NCBI GenBank assembly: GCA_028707635.1
Contig: JAQWAQ010000002.1
Coordinates: 11,802-75,801, forward strand
Source of the DNA: Negativicutes bacterium
GTDB lineage: Bacteria > Bacillota > Negativicutes > JAAYSF01
Length of the DNA stretch: 64,000 bases
Reading direction: 5' to 3'
This document shows, piece after piece, positions 39,418-48,213 of the stretch. The number at the start of each line of letters is the position of its first letter. Positions within the stretch are counted from its first letter, which is position 1. The translations under genes were made by a program, and so were the position numbers. The notes below the pieces were generated by a model, which saw only the letters and a program-made list of their open reading frames with translations, was not told the DNA's origin and made no database searches.

Positions 39418-41328
39418 TTATTCTTTTGATAATCCGTATTTTTTCAAATATCGATATAAGGTTACTCTGCTGACATCAAGCATGTTCGCCAGCCGGCTGA
39501 TATTGCCGCCGGCCGCCTGCCACGCCTTTACAAAGACTTCCTTGTCCTCTTTCCAGGCATTTCCTACTGGTGCATCGGCCAAAAGACTAATGTTGGTCGA
39601 TTTAATGGTATCACCGATTGTGTTAAAAAAAGCATGTTCAACAACACCCTGCAGTTGTTTAATATTACCTGGCCAATCATAATGCATCAATAACTCTGCT
39701 GCTTCAGCAGCAACATTTTTGTTTTTCAATTGATGCTGCTCGGCAACTTCACCGATAATGTGGCTGGCCAAAAGCGGAATATCCTCGCGCCGTGCTCGAA
39801 GCGGCGGGATTCGGATGACACTCTTAGACAAAAGCTCATATAAATCGTTGCGAAAAACACCTTTATCAGTCAAACGTTTGAGGTCGCTGTCACAGGCCGA
39901 AATTACGCGAACATCGATATTCCGCTTAATATTTTCGCCAACTCTTGAGCTAATCCCGCTAGTCAGCACTCCGGTCAGTTTAGCGGCCACCTTAGCCGGC
40001 ATTTTCTCGATCTCGTCAAAAAACAACGTCCCACCGTTGGCAAGTTCTAGCTTTCCTGGCCGGCTTTCATCAGTGCCCTCAGCCGTTCCAAATAATTCAA
40101 CCTCCAGCAACTCGGGTGTATGGGCCCCGCACATCACGGAAATCAACGGCCCTGCGGCCCGACTACTGCCCTGATGAATACCGTGAGCCAACCGTTCTTT
40201 GCCGGTACCAGGTTCACCCTGCAGCAACACATTATTATTATTACGGGCCACCCGTCCGGCCTTTTCCTGCATGCTTACGAAACTCGGAGCCTGACCAACC
40301 ATACTATTCAGATTATACCGAGCCTTATAGCCGACCGCATGGGCAACAAGTGTCCTTAAATCTTCAATCGGCATCGTTACAGCTACAACACTATTAATAA
40401 TATTATCCTGATCCCGCTCAAGCGGCACAACGGTAGTAATGTCTTCATATGTCTTATTGGCGGTAATCCAGGTGACTTCCTTATTATAAGACGGAATCCC
40501 CTTAAAGCCTTTAAAGAGCGGCGTGTGCCGATAATTAAGCACAACACTACTCAAATTTGGCAAATCATCGCCTTCGGTATCCTCACTGATCTTGGCTAGA
40601 CGGCTTCGGCCAAGCTTGTTTGTATAAACAACACTACCCCCTGGTACAATGTGGTATACCGCGAAAGGCGCAGCATCCAAAATAGCGTCCCGCGCCTTTA
40701 AGTGCCACTGCATACTAAGATGTTTCTCCAGGGCATACTTCATACTCAGCAATAACGAGACAATCGCATTATAGGGCAGCACATCCTGATCAACCGACAC
40801 CAGCGTCAATATGTATTTTAGTTCGCCGTCGACTACGACAGGCGTTGAACACGCATCACCGTCTTGACAATCTCGCACCCACATTTCGGGTCCAAACATT
40901 AAGAAAGTCGTTTTATGTTCATAGGCAATACTAATACTGGATGTCCCAATATCCCGCTCGGATAATCGCATCCCTTCCACTTCACCAGGTGTTCTTTGGA
41001 AAAACGGCATAGCATAATTTTTTAGCGAATAGCACTCATTATCCAAGATAAACAAACTAAGGTTATAACTATTAAAGTATTCACTAACCTCATTGTATAA
41101 CCCGTCCAAATAGCCAATCGCATCCTGATGGGTTTTTCGACGATCGGCCAATTCCTCTTTGCTAAGCCGCACCGCCGGCGGCATGGTTTCGTTGGCAATA
41201 CCACGCGCCCGGCTCCTCTTCCACGACTCGGCTACCCACGGATGGGTATTAGGGTCAAGGACACCCTCCTCGGTATACTTACGATAATAGTTTTCTAACT
41301 TCTCCCGACTACGCCGCTCACGAATCAT
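39418..41328 (-). CDS. Sigma-54-dependent transcriptional activator (sensory PAS/GAF-like N-terminus, AAA+ sigma-54 interaction domain, C-terminal HTH)
   Basis: Walker A GEPGTGKERLAHGIH and an ...ELFG... GAFTGA-type region; C-terminal Fis-type HTH ...RLANMLDVSRVTLYRYLKKYGL. Confidence 0.85.
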   Translation of the reverse strand: MIRERRSREKLENYYRKYTEEGVLDPNTHPWVAESWKRSRARGIANETMPPAVRLSKEELADRRKTHQDAIGYLDGLYNEVSEYFNSYNLSLFILDNECYSLKNYAMPFFQRTPGEVEGMRLSERDIGTSSISIAYEHKTTFLMFGPEMWVRDCQDGDACSTPVVVDGELKYILTLVSVDQDVLPYNAIVSLLLSMKYALEKHLSMQWHLKARDAILDAAPFAVYHIVPGGSVVYTNKLGRSRLAKISEDTEGDDLPNLSSVVLNYRHTPLFKGFKGIPSYNKEVTWITANKTYEDITTVVPLERDQDNIINSVVAVTMPIEDLRTLVAHAVGYKARYNLNSMVGQAPSFVSMQEKAGRVARNNNNVLLQGEPGTGKERLAHGIHQGSSRAAGPLISVMCGAHTPELLEVELFGTAEGTDESRPGKLELANGGTLFFDEIEKMPAKVAAKLTGVLTSGISSRVGENIKRNIDVRVISACDSDLKRLTDKGVFRNDLYELLSKSVIRIPPLRARREDIPLLASHIIGEVAEQHQLKNKNVAAEAAELLMHYDWPGNIKQLQGVVEHAFFNTIGDTIKSTNISLLADAPVGNAWKEDKEVFVKAWQAAGGNISRLANMLDVSRVTLYRYLKKYGLSKE

Positions 41329-41493
41329 ATGTACCTCCGTTTATATATCATAATACTTGACATAGCGCCAATTGTTATATACTTTGCCTCTAATTCTATC
41401 AAGGCAATTACCATGATGCAATACTTACCTTTTTTCTTTCCTGGTATCTAATATTCCGCACGTTAAAAACAATTAACCAATTTTATCTAAAAA

Positions 41494-41533
41494 TAACCCA
41501 GGCGGCTTCACCTGGGTTATAACAACTTGCCTA
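41494..41533 (-). terminator. Intrinsic terminator after the chemoreceptor gene
   Basis: AACCCAGGTGAAGCCGCCTGGGTT plus ATTTTTAGA on the minus strand. Confidence 0.65.
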
Positions 41534-43330
41534 TCAAGTTCGATATTGATTAATATCTTCACTAAAATTCTCAATAACACTCTTAAATTCTCGAATCTTA
41601 TCCATCATATCTTGAAGCTTATCATTATAAATCGCCACAGAAGCACTCACCTCTTCAGTAGCTGCTGAGTTTTCCTCGGAAATAGCCGCCAGCGACTCAA
41701 TCTTCCCGTAAACCTCACTGAGACCGGACATCTCATGTTCCAGCTTACCAATCATGTCAACAATATTATCAGCAACATGATGAATATTACCAACGTTTCT
41801 AGTATTGTCAGCAACGACCTCGTCCAATTGCCGACTTTCAGCCGCCAGAATATCGTATTCATCCTGAATCATGTCAACAACACCGCTGATAATACTCATT
41901 AGCACCTCTAGGTCACTGGCAATAGAGGTAGAATGCTGTTCGGACTGCTCGGCCAGCTTGCGTACCTCTTCGGCCACAACGGCAAAACCACGGCCATGTT
42001 CGCCAGCCCGGGCCGCCTCAATCGCAGCATTTAAAGCCAACAAATTCGTTTGACCAGCAATAGCTGCCACCATGCCGGTAATCTCCGTAATTTTAGTCGC
42101 CTGTTCCTTTAAGTTTGACGTTGATTGCTTCACATCAGCAAATTTCTGCATGCTATTCGCCAATTTTGAACTTGATGCCTGAACCTCTTGAAACCCTTTA
42201 TTGATCTCATTTACCGCCATCTCTAGCTGCTGCTTGTTACGTGTTTGCTCAGTTACTACAGTTGTCAGCGTTTCAAGATTTCCATTTAGAATGCCAACAG
42301 CATTTTCAGTTTCCTGTGCTTGATTGGTGGCGGCTGTCGCCACATCCAGAACAACACCGGAAATTTCATTTGAAGTCCCTCGCATACGGTCAGCCAAGCC
42401 ATTAAAATTATCAGCGTATTGATTCATTTCGTCACTGATACCCTTAAAGCCGATAAACTCTCGCTTTACGCGTTTTTTATAGTCGGACAGGGCCTCGCTC
42501 ACTTCTTCAAACTCATCACCGGACTTAAGTTTGGTTTCGGTAAAATACAAATGATCCTGAATTCCTTTAATTTCATCGCGAATTTGTTTAAACGGCTGTA
42601 ACAAAACGCTAGCTCCAACGCCCGCAGCAACCCCACCAACAACAGCTGTCCAAATGGGAATAGGAATACCTACAATCGTCAAACCACCATTAATAAGGGC
42701 CGTTAGAACAGCAGCTGCGATGCCAATCTTAGTCGGCAGGCTTTTTACAACCCCCAGTGACAACATCTGGTTCATTCTATAAGTGACAGTATGAGTAATC
42801 GGCTTAGAAAAACCTACTTTAATTTTCATTGAATCAGCCGATGATTCAATAATCTCAGTTGTGATCTCTTCTTTGAAATGCTCGGCCGCTCCAGCAAGCA
42901 GACCTTTAAGATACCCAAACATCCCGCGCTGTGAACGATAACTCAAAACAGCCTCAAACTCGGATATTGGCTTGATTAACAACTCCGGTGGCTTTGCGCC
43001 AGGAATCCTTTTGACCACAACAACATGAACATCATACATCGAGCGCAAGAACGAATAAAGACTCTCTTGCTTAAAAAAGGCCGGGTAAATATTAAAAAAA
43101 GTGACGACATTATCCTTGCCAATTATAAGCCAGATCTCATCTTCCGTTTTCCCTGTATGCTGCGCCAGAAAGCCGACAAATCGCTTCGGCTTAGCGTCCT
43201 CAACATCCTCAGTCGGCAAGAAAATTTTATCACCTAACCATCCGGCATATTCCATCGCCTGAGTTGTTAAATCGTCACCCCAAACCTTACGTGCAGTACT
43301 CACCCACGTTCCAACAACAGTACCTTTCAT
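41534..43330 (-). CDS. Methyl-accepting chemotaxis protein with N-terminal H-NOX (heme NO/O2-binding) domain
   Basis: N-terminus [20 protein letters not shown]... closely parallels Thermoanaerobacter Tar4H H-NOX as I remember it (MKGTIVGTWIKT...), including the Y-x-S-x-R heme-propionate motif (YRSQRGM) and the distal Tyr (…GMFGY). It is followed by TM, HAMP and the MCP signalling domain. ATG at 43330 after GGAGTGA. Confidence 0.8.
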   Translation of the reverse strand: MKGTVVGTWVSTARKVWGDDLTTQAMEYAGWLGDKIFLPTEDVEDAKPKRFVGFLAQHTGKTEDEIWLIIGKDNVVTFFNIYPAFFKQESLYSFLRSMYDVHVVVVKRIPGAKPPELLIKPISEFEAVLSYRSQRGMFGYLKGLLAGAAEHFKEEITTEIIESSADSMKIKVGFSKPITHTVTYRMNQMLSLGVVKSLPTKIGIAAAVLTALINGGLTIVGIPIPIWTAVVGGVAAGVGASVLLQPFKQIRDEIKGIQDHLYFTETKLKSGDEFEEVSEALSDYKKRVKREFIGFKGISDEMNQYADNFNGLADRMRGTSNEISGVVLDVATAATNQAQETENAVGILNGNLETLTTVVTEQTRNKQQLEMAVNEINKGFQEVQASSSKLANSMQKFADVKQSTSNLKEQATKITEITGMVAAIAGQTNLLALNAAIEAARAGEHGRGFAVVAEEVRKLAEQSEQHSTSIASDLEVLMSIISGVVDMIQDEYDILAAESRQLDEVVADNTRNVGNIHHVADNIVDMIGKLEHEMSGLSEVYGKIESLAAISEENSAATEEVSASVAIYNDKLQDMMDKIREFKSVIENFSEDINQYRT

Positions 43331-43545
43331 ATATGTCACTCCAATTAACTAAAATTTCCTTTTATATACATTAAAACTTATTTCGCGATTCGTATCCCTT
43401 TTCCTGTTACACCTTGCCAATAATTATTGTTTTTTAACATAAATTTTCATATAGTCCTAAAAACTACTGTTCTGTGACCCAAATCACTGACAAATTGAAA
43501 GCCTAGTGTATAATGAAAGCAAGAGTTTGCATAAGGAGGGATTTT

Positions 43546-44211
43546 GTGAGTTTGCCTCTTTCAAAAGTTCCATTTTTAAAAAAGCGAGTTAAATTTCCGG
43601 TTACTCCCCATATCCCCGGTGGCCTGACAAACCCCGACCAGTTGCGCAATTTGGCCGCAGTCGCCGAAAAGTACGGCGGTACGCTAAAAATTGTCGGTAA
43701 CAGCATTACTATTATGGGTCTCAATCTTGTCGACGGCGAAAAAGCCCTCGCCGAGTTAGGTGCTAAACCTGAATCATTCATCGCCAAATCGGTACGCCCA
43801 GTCAGCATGTGCCCTGGCAAGCCCAACTGTCCTATGGCCCAGCAAGAAAGCACCGAGCTTGGGCTAGCCCTTGATGAAGAATTTTTCGGCCAAGACGCCC
43901 CAGCGAAAATCCGCATCGGCGTAAGCGGTTGTCCTAATTGCTGTGCCGAGGTATTTGTTAAAGATATCGGCCTTTATGGTACGGCAAAAGGCTATGTATT
44001 GGCGGTAGGCGGCAATTCCGGCCGCAAAGCGCAGATTGCCCAAGTTGTTGCCGACAATATACCGGAACAGGACGTCGCGTTAATAATCCGCAATATCCTT
44101 GTCTACTTCCGGAACAATGGCCAAACAAAGGAACGGCTTGGTCAAACCATTGAACGACTTGGCTGGTATGACTTTAAAACAACGGCAATTCCTGAACAAT
44201 ATCGCAAATAA
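43546..44211 (+). CDS. Nitrite/sulfite reductase ferredoxin-like half-domain protein (NirA/SiR 4Fe-4S-siroheme region), about 220 aa
   Basis: ...SMCPGKPNCPMAQ...GVSGCPNCCAE... Cys motifs typical of the NIR_SIR 4Fe-4S domain. GTG start after AAGGAGGG. Confidence 0.55.
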   Translation: MSLPLSKVPFLKKRVKFPVTPHIPGGLTNPDQLRNLAAVAEKYGGTLKIVGNSITIMGLNLVDGEKALAELGAKPESFIAKSVRPVSMCPGKPNCPMAQQESTELGLALDEEFFGQDAPAKIRIGVSGCPNCCAEVFVKDIGLYGTAKGYVLAVGGNSGRKAQIAQVVADNIPEQDVALIIRNILVYFRNNGQTKERLGQTIERLGWYDFKTTAIPEQYRK

Positions 44212-44213
44212 CA

Positions 44214-44258
44214 CAAAGAAAGAGGGAACAGCTCATCGGCCGTTTCCTCTTTCTTTTG
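44214..44258. terminator. Bidirectional intrinsic terminator
   Basis: AAAGAAAGAGGGAAC-AGCTCATCGGCC-GTTTCCTCTTTCTTT, a perfect 15-bp stem. Confidence 0.75.
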
Positions 44259-44269
44259 CTTAAAATGGG

Positions 44270-44461
44270 TTACTTACTCCTTAGCCACTTATCCGTCATA
44301 TCCTTTATGACTTGCCGCATCATTCCCGCCCGACATTCCGGACAATGTACACTCCAATCCGCTTCACTGTCTTTTCGATCGACGGTGAGAAACTTGCGGC
44401 CGCATGTCTTGCAAATTTGCCATCTCGTCATTCCGCCTACGGACACAATCTCACCTCGCAA
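44270..44461 (-). CDS. Small zinc-ribbon protein (CxxC...CxxC), hypothetical
   Basis: ...WQICKTCGRKF...VHCPECRAG... Start uncertain (TTG 44461, GTG 44446 or ATG 44431); no strong RBS. Confidence 0.35.
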   Translation of the reverse strand: MRGEIVSVGGMTRWQICKTCGRKFLTVDRKDSEADWSVHCPECRAGMMRQVIKDMTDKWLRSK

Positions 44462-44510
44462 TTTGTATTGATTGGTAAATTATATGCACAAGCTTGATGC
44501 TTTATGATAC

Positions 44511-44538
44511 GAGTGAGACTTAATTCAGATAACTCCAC
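44511..44538 (+). repeat. Copy C of the conserved motif (GAGTGAGACTTAATTCAGATAACTCCAC)
   Basis: Shares GTGAGACTTRATTCAGAT plus AACTCCAC with copy A. Confidence 0.6.
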
Positions 44539-44659
44539 AAAAAAACAATTATATGCTTGCTTCGGGGCATTTAGACCAATTATTTAAAATAAGACTTTAA
44601 GTTTGTCTGGTTTTAAGATAAAATGATGGTGTATATTCACAATGAAAAGGAGCCTTGCT

Positions 44660-45175
44660 ATGGGCGAAGAACTTATCTATCAAATCTTAACCCATCTGGA
44701 AAGTATGAATGACCGGCTGCGCGGCCTGGAATCTGATATTTCCGGTATAAAAGCAGGTCAATCTCGACTCGAAGCCGATTTTACAACTGTTAAGGCAGGC
44801 CAATCCAGACTCGAAACCGATGTTTCAGCTATTAAGATAGGTCAATCCAGACTTGAAGCTGATGTTACAGCCGTTAAGACGGGTCAATCCAGACTTGAAG
44901 CTGATACTGCAATTGTTAAATCGAGTCAGATAAAACTCGAAAATAACTTAACTACTAAAATTGATGTTTTATTTGATGGCTGGCAGCAACATGAAGACTA
45001 TGCCGCCCGCAATACCGAGCACCTCGACAGACTAGAATCTAAGCTGGACAGCCTCGAACTTGCAACAACCAAAATGGCCGTTGTTCAAGACCAGCACACC
45101 GACCTTTTACATATGCTTAAAACGCGGTCTGCCACGCACGAAAATGAAATATTGGCCCTCAAACGGGCAAAATGA
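44660..45175 (+). CDS. Coiled-coil repeat protein with five 14-aa tandem repeats (xxxVKAGQSRLEAD)
   Basis: ATG at 44660 after AAAAGGAG. 42-bp DNA repeats from 44738 to 44947; no TM segment. Confidence 0.55.
   Translation: MGEELIYQILTHLESMNDRLRGLESDISGIKAGQSRLEADFTTVKAGQSRLETDVSAIKIGQSRLEADVTAVKTGQSRLEADTAIVKSSQIKLENNLTTKIDVLFDGWQQHEDYAARNTEHLDRLESKLDSLELATTKMAVVQDQHTDLLHMLKTRSATHENEILALKRAK
44738..44947 (+). repeat. 5 x 42-bp in-frame tandem repeat
   Basis: Units ...AAGGCAGGYCAATCYMGACTYGAAGCYGAT... repeated head to tail. Confidence 0.8.
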
Positions 45176-45176
45176 T

Positions 45177-45216
45177 AAAAAGCCTTTGCGATTTCTGTCG
45201 CAAAGGCTTTTATTTT
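45177..45216. terminator. Bidirectional terminator, copy 1 of a duplicated hairpin
   Basis: AAAAGCCTTTGCGATTTCTGTCGCAAAGGCTTTTATTTT. Confidence 0.75.
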
Positions 45217-45251
45217 ACCTAAAAGGTAATCAACCGGCACAATACCCTAAT

Positions 45252-45464
45252 TTAGCATTCCCGCCGATAATGCATACACTTACATTTACGTCTGATGCGA
45301 CAATGCCGGCAAAGACACTCGCCATAACTACTCTTCATACATTTACGGCATAAACAGCCTTCCCCAAATTTAGTTTCATAACCACACTTAGGTTCGCAAT
45401 TGTATTCCTCATCGTCATCATACCCGCCATTGCCACAACTGCAACCATATTTATAATCCTTCAC
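45252..45464 (-). CDS. Cysteine-rich small protein (70 aa, 17 Cys), hypothetical
   Basis: GTG start 8 nt after AAGGAGG. MKDYKYGCSCGNGGYDDDEEYNCEPKCGYETKFGEGCLCRKCMKSSYGECLCRHCRIRRKCKCMHYRREC. Confidence 0.5.
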   Translation of the reverse strand: MKDYKYGCSCGNGGYDDDEEYNCEPKCGYETKFGEGCLCRKCMKSSYGECLCRHCRIRRKCKCMHYRREC

Positions 45465-45546
45465 TAAAATGACCTCCTTATTTCTGTCTAATTCATCTTA
45501 TGTTAATACAAAAGATATGGTTACAGAGGTTTATAAAATTAATGCT

Positions 45547-45585
45547 AAAAAGGCCTTTGCGATTTTATCGCAAAGGCCTTTTATT
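45547..45585. terminator. Terminator after modA, copy 2 of the duplicated hairpin
   Basis: AAAAAGGCCTTTGCGATTTTATCGCAAAGGCCTTTTATT, near-identical to copy 1. Confidence 0.75.
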
Positions 45586-45602
45586 AACCCAAAAACAGAT
45601 TA

Positions 45603-46421
45603 TCATCTTTCCCTTAATCCCTTTCGCATAACAAACCCATATCGTTCGAAAACAGTACGGCTCTCGTCACTTTGCAAAAATGCTAAGAAATCCTTAGCCG
45701 CCTTTTCCTGTTTTGTCCCTGCTATAACAGCTGCTGAATAAACGATAGGATCATGCGCACCGTACGGAACCATTGCAACGACCTTCACCTTATCACTTAA
45801 TAACGCGTCTGTACTATAGACGATACCTGCATCAACATTACCGGTCTCAACATACGTCAGGATGCTTCGAACATCTTTGCCGTATACGAGTTTGCCCTTG
45901 ATATCGTCCCAAATGCCCAGCTTTTCCAACACCTGCTTGCCGTATTGGCCGGCTGGTACACTTGCTGGCTCACCCAGGCCTATCTTTTCAACATCCTGTC
46001 GTAATAAATCCTCAAATCGGTTAATCTTTAGACTTGACTGCACCGGCACAACTAAAACAAGCGTATTTTCAGCCACCTTTATCCGCGTGGCCTGGTTTAT
46101 CATGTTTTTCGCCGCCAAGTAATCTAAATGCTTAGGCGCCGCGGAAATAAAAACATCAACAGGTGCCCCATATTCAATTTGCCTTTGAAGCGAGCCAGAG
46201 CCACCCCAATTTAGAACTAACTTAACATGAGGATTCTTCACCTCATAGTTTTTTTGTACCTCACTGATAACATCTTTCATGCTCGCAGCAGCCGAAACAG
46301 TAATTTCAACAGAAGGAGGGGCCGTGTTTGATACGGCTTTCTGTTGACTAGTTGCACAACCGGCCAACAGAACCACAAAATACAACACAAGGATAATTGA
46401 TATTATTTTTCTGCGCATCAA
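45603..46421 (-). CDS. modA: Molybdate ABC transporter substrate-binding lipoprotein ModA
   Basis: Lipobox LLAGCA and ModA fold motifs ...LNWGGSGSLQRQIEYGAPVDVFISA... No modB/modC genes are adjacent. Confidence 0.8.
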   Translation of the reverse strand: MMRRKIISIILVLYFVVLLAGCATSQQKAVSNTAPPSVEITVSAAASMKDVISEVQKNYEVKNPHVKLVLNWGGSGSLQRQIEYGAPVDVFISAAPKHLDYLAAKNMINQATRIKVAENTLVLVVPVQSSLKINRFEDLLRQDVEKIGLGEPASVPAGQYGKQVLEKLGIWDDIKGKLVYGKDVRSILTYVETGNVDAGIVYSTDALLSDKVKVVAMVPYGAHDPIVYSAAVIAGTKQEKAAKDFLAFLQSDESRTVFERYGFVMRKGLRER

Positions 46422-46768
46422 AGTTCCCCCTTGTATAATATACCTCTAATTCTATTCTTTTCAGCGCAGATTTTCAAAGATATTATGCAAAAATTTAATA
46501 TACAAAATTTTATATATTTTTTGTATACAATATAAAATATTCCTTGCCGAACTATTCTGTCTATGTTATTATTTAATTGTACTTCCTCTATATAAGGCAG
46601 GTTGTACTCGGAGTTACAGCCTGCCTGGTTTCTTGGCTTTACAAAATAGCACAATTACTTCCTTTACCTAAACAAGGTCAGCTTTTTAAGCTGACCTTGT
46701 TTGTTTTGCCATGCAGGGCGCACAAAACAAACAGAGCCTGTAGAAAATCTACAGACCCTTGATTTCAT

Positions 46769-46816
46769 TGGAGCCGATAGCAGGATTCGAACCTGTGACC
46801 CTCTCATTACGAATGA
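46769..46816 (-). tRNA. 3' fragment of a tRNA-Thr(CGU)-like gene (anticodon loop to CCA end): prophage attachment-site core (attR-type duplicate)
   Basis: Minus strand reads TCATTCGTAATGAGAGGGTCACAGGTTCGAATCCTGCTATCGGCTCCA: anticodon stem-loop (U33, CGU, A37), T-arm GGTTCGAATCC and acceptor 3' strand plus CCA, but no 5' half upstream. Phage genes start immediately beyond it. Confidence 0.6.
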
Positions 46817-47109
46817 TTGTTAAATTGCATTTAATTGTATTATGTTGTCTTATCATCCAGTAAATGCAATAAACTATGCATATCGTGTACGTAGGTATAT
46901 TCTATAATATAAAAGCAATGGACACACCTTTGGACACAGCTTTTAATGTTCGATAAACCACTGTCCTGTTAAGTCATCACAAAATAAATATACTTCCTCG
47001 CCATGTACCTGGCAAGTGTATCTAATACCATACCCTCCACCTTTGACGGTGCCTTCCGAACGTCAAGGACCCGATTTATTCCGAACAATACCAGTAGGTA
47101 TGCGGAATC

Positions 47110-47787
47110 CTATCCTAAGCTTTGCCTTGCAATTCTTATTATCATTTCTTCATATCCCCATTCAGGATTAATTATAGGAGCATGGCTATATTCACTTGGT
47201 ATTTTTAAACTTTTATCTTCAGAAATTATTGCGACAACATGCCAAGGATCAAAATTGAAATCGCCTAATATTCTCCACTCTCTTTCCCAAGAAAAATCGA
47301 AGTCTTTATCTTTATTAAACATATGAGTTAGTGCTCCAATTTCCGGAAATCCGTCATTGAAGTTATTAGCCTTCGAATTATTATATATTGTCCAGTAAGA
47401 AGAAATCATCCTTTTATTTTTCCCATTTGCGTATATACACGGGCTGCCATGATAATAGGATTCTATATCTGACTTGTTAAATATTACTCCGTAAGGTTGA
47501 AAATTAATAGATCTACCCTCAATGTTAAACATGTTCTTAACTTGATTAAGAGGAGTTTCAGTCATACAAGTGACATGAAACTTTTTTCGATTACTCAAAG
47601 CTTGAAGTTTTAAGTCACTTTCAAATAAACAATAGTGATTTTTTGCATAAATAGTATGTGAAGACAAAATTGACAGTAAATTTTCAGGAGCTAGTTTACC
47701 CTCAAAATCTTTAGTTAAATGAACAACAAATCGTGATATATCTTCACGTCTCGCCTTTGCGCCATTGATATACTCTGCTGCCCCCAT
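47110..47787 (-). CDS. Hypothetical 225-aa protein with conserved-looking DFDFSWEREWR motif; candidate abortive-infection/defence cargo
   Basis: Own AGGAGG RBS, AT-rich codon usage, no recognisable housekeeping domain. Lies between the att core and the lysis cassette. Confidence 0.4.
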   Translation of the reverse strand: MGAAEYINGAKARREDISRFVVHLTKDFEGKLAPENLLSILSSHTIYAKNHYCLFESDLKLQALSNRKKFHVTCMTETPLNQVKNMFNIEGRSINFQPYGVIFNKSDIESYYHGSPCIYANGKNKRMISSYWTIYNNSKANNFNDGFPEIGALTHMFNKDKDFDFSWEREWRILGDFNFDPWHVVAIISEDKSLKIPSEYSHAPIINPEWGYEEMIIRIARQSLG

Positions 47788-47915
47788 GTTAAACCTCCTA
47801 TTATGAAAAAGTCTAATATTTAATATTTAATATTATTATTATGTTTCCTGCTTGCCTTATTTAATTTTAGGTTTTTACGTAAATAAGGAGCCGCCTATAG
47901 TGTAGACGGCTCACA

Positions 47916-48113
47916 TTATTTTATCACTCTTATTGTCCTCGGACAGTTAGGCTCATGAGCAATGTAGCCTTGCTGTTCGAGCAAGTATAGGTAACGATGG
48001 ACGGTTGCTGAACTACTAAGGCCAACGCCGGCAGCGATCTCGCGGACTGTTGGCGGATATGGATGATGGTAATTTTTAATGAAGTCTAAAACCTCGGCGA
48101 GTTTGTTTGCCAT
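47916..48113 (-). CDS. LexA N-terminal winged-helix DNA-binding domain protein (65 aa, no S24 peptidase domain)
   Basis: MANKLAEVLDFIKNYHHPYPPTVREIAAGVGLSSSATVHRYLYLLEQQGYIAHEP... matches the LexA_DNA_bind pattern. ATG at 48113 after GAGGTGA; a hairpin terminator lies downstream. Confidence 0.6.
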   Translation of the reverse strand: MANKLAEVLDFIKNYHHPYPPTVREIAAGVGLSSSATVHRYLYLLEQQGYIAHEPNCPRTIRVIK

Positions 48114-48213
48114 ATTAATCACCTCGGTTTCATTATAGAGCGGGTGTTCGTAAATGACAAGCGGGAATAAACAGAAAATGCCGCACCCTGGAGGATGCGG
48201 CTTGACAGAGTAA

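Noticed and set aside
43513-43545. Upstream extension of the NirA-like ORF (track start at 43513)
   Set aside because: It would begin inside the -10 element TGTATAATG. The GTG at 43546, 5 nt after AAGGAGGG, is the better start.
46590-46650. Possible Moco riboswitch upstream of modA (hairpin AGGCAGG...CTCCGAG...CCTGCCT)
   Set aside because: Only the CTCCGAG-containing stem-loop resembles the Moco motif as I remember it. Other conserved elements are not evident, and a terminator-like hairpin precedes rather than follows it. A covariance-model search is needed before calling it.
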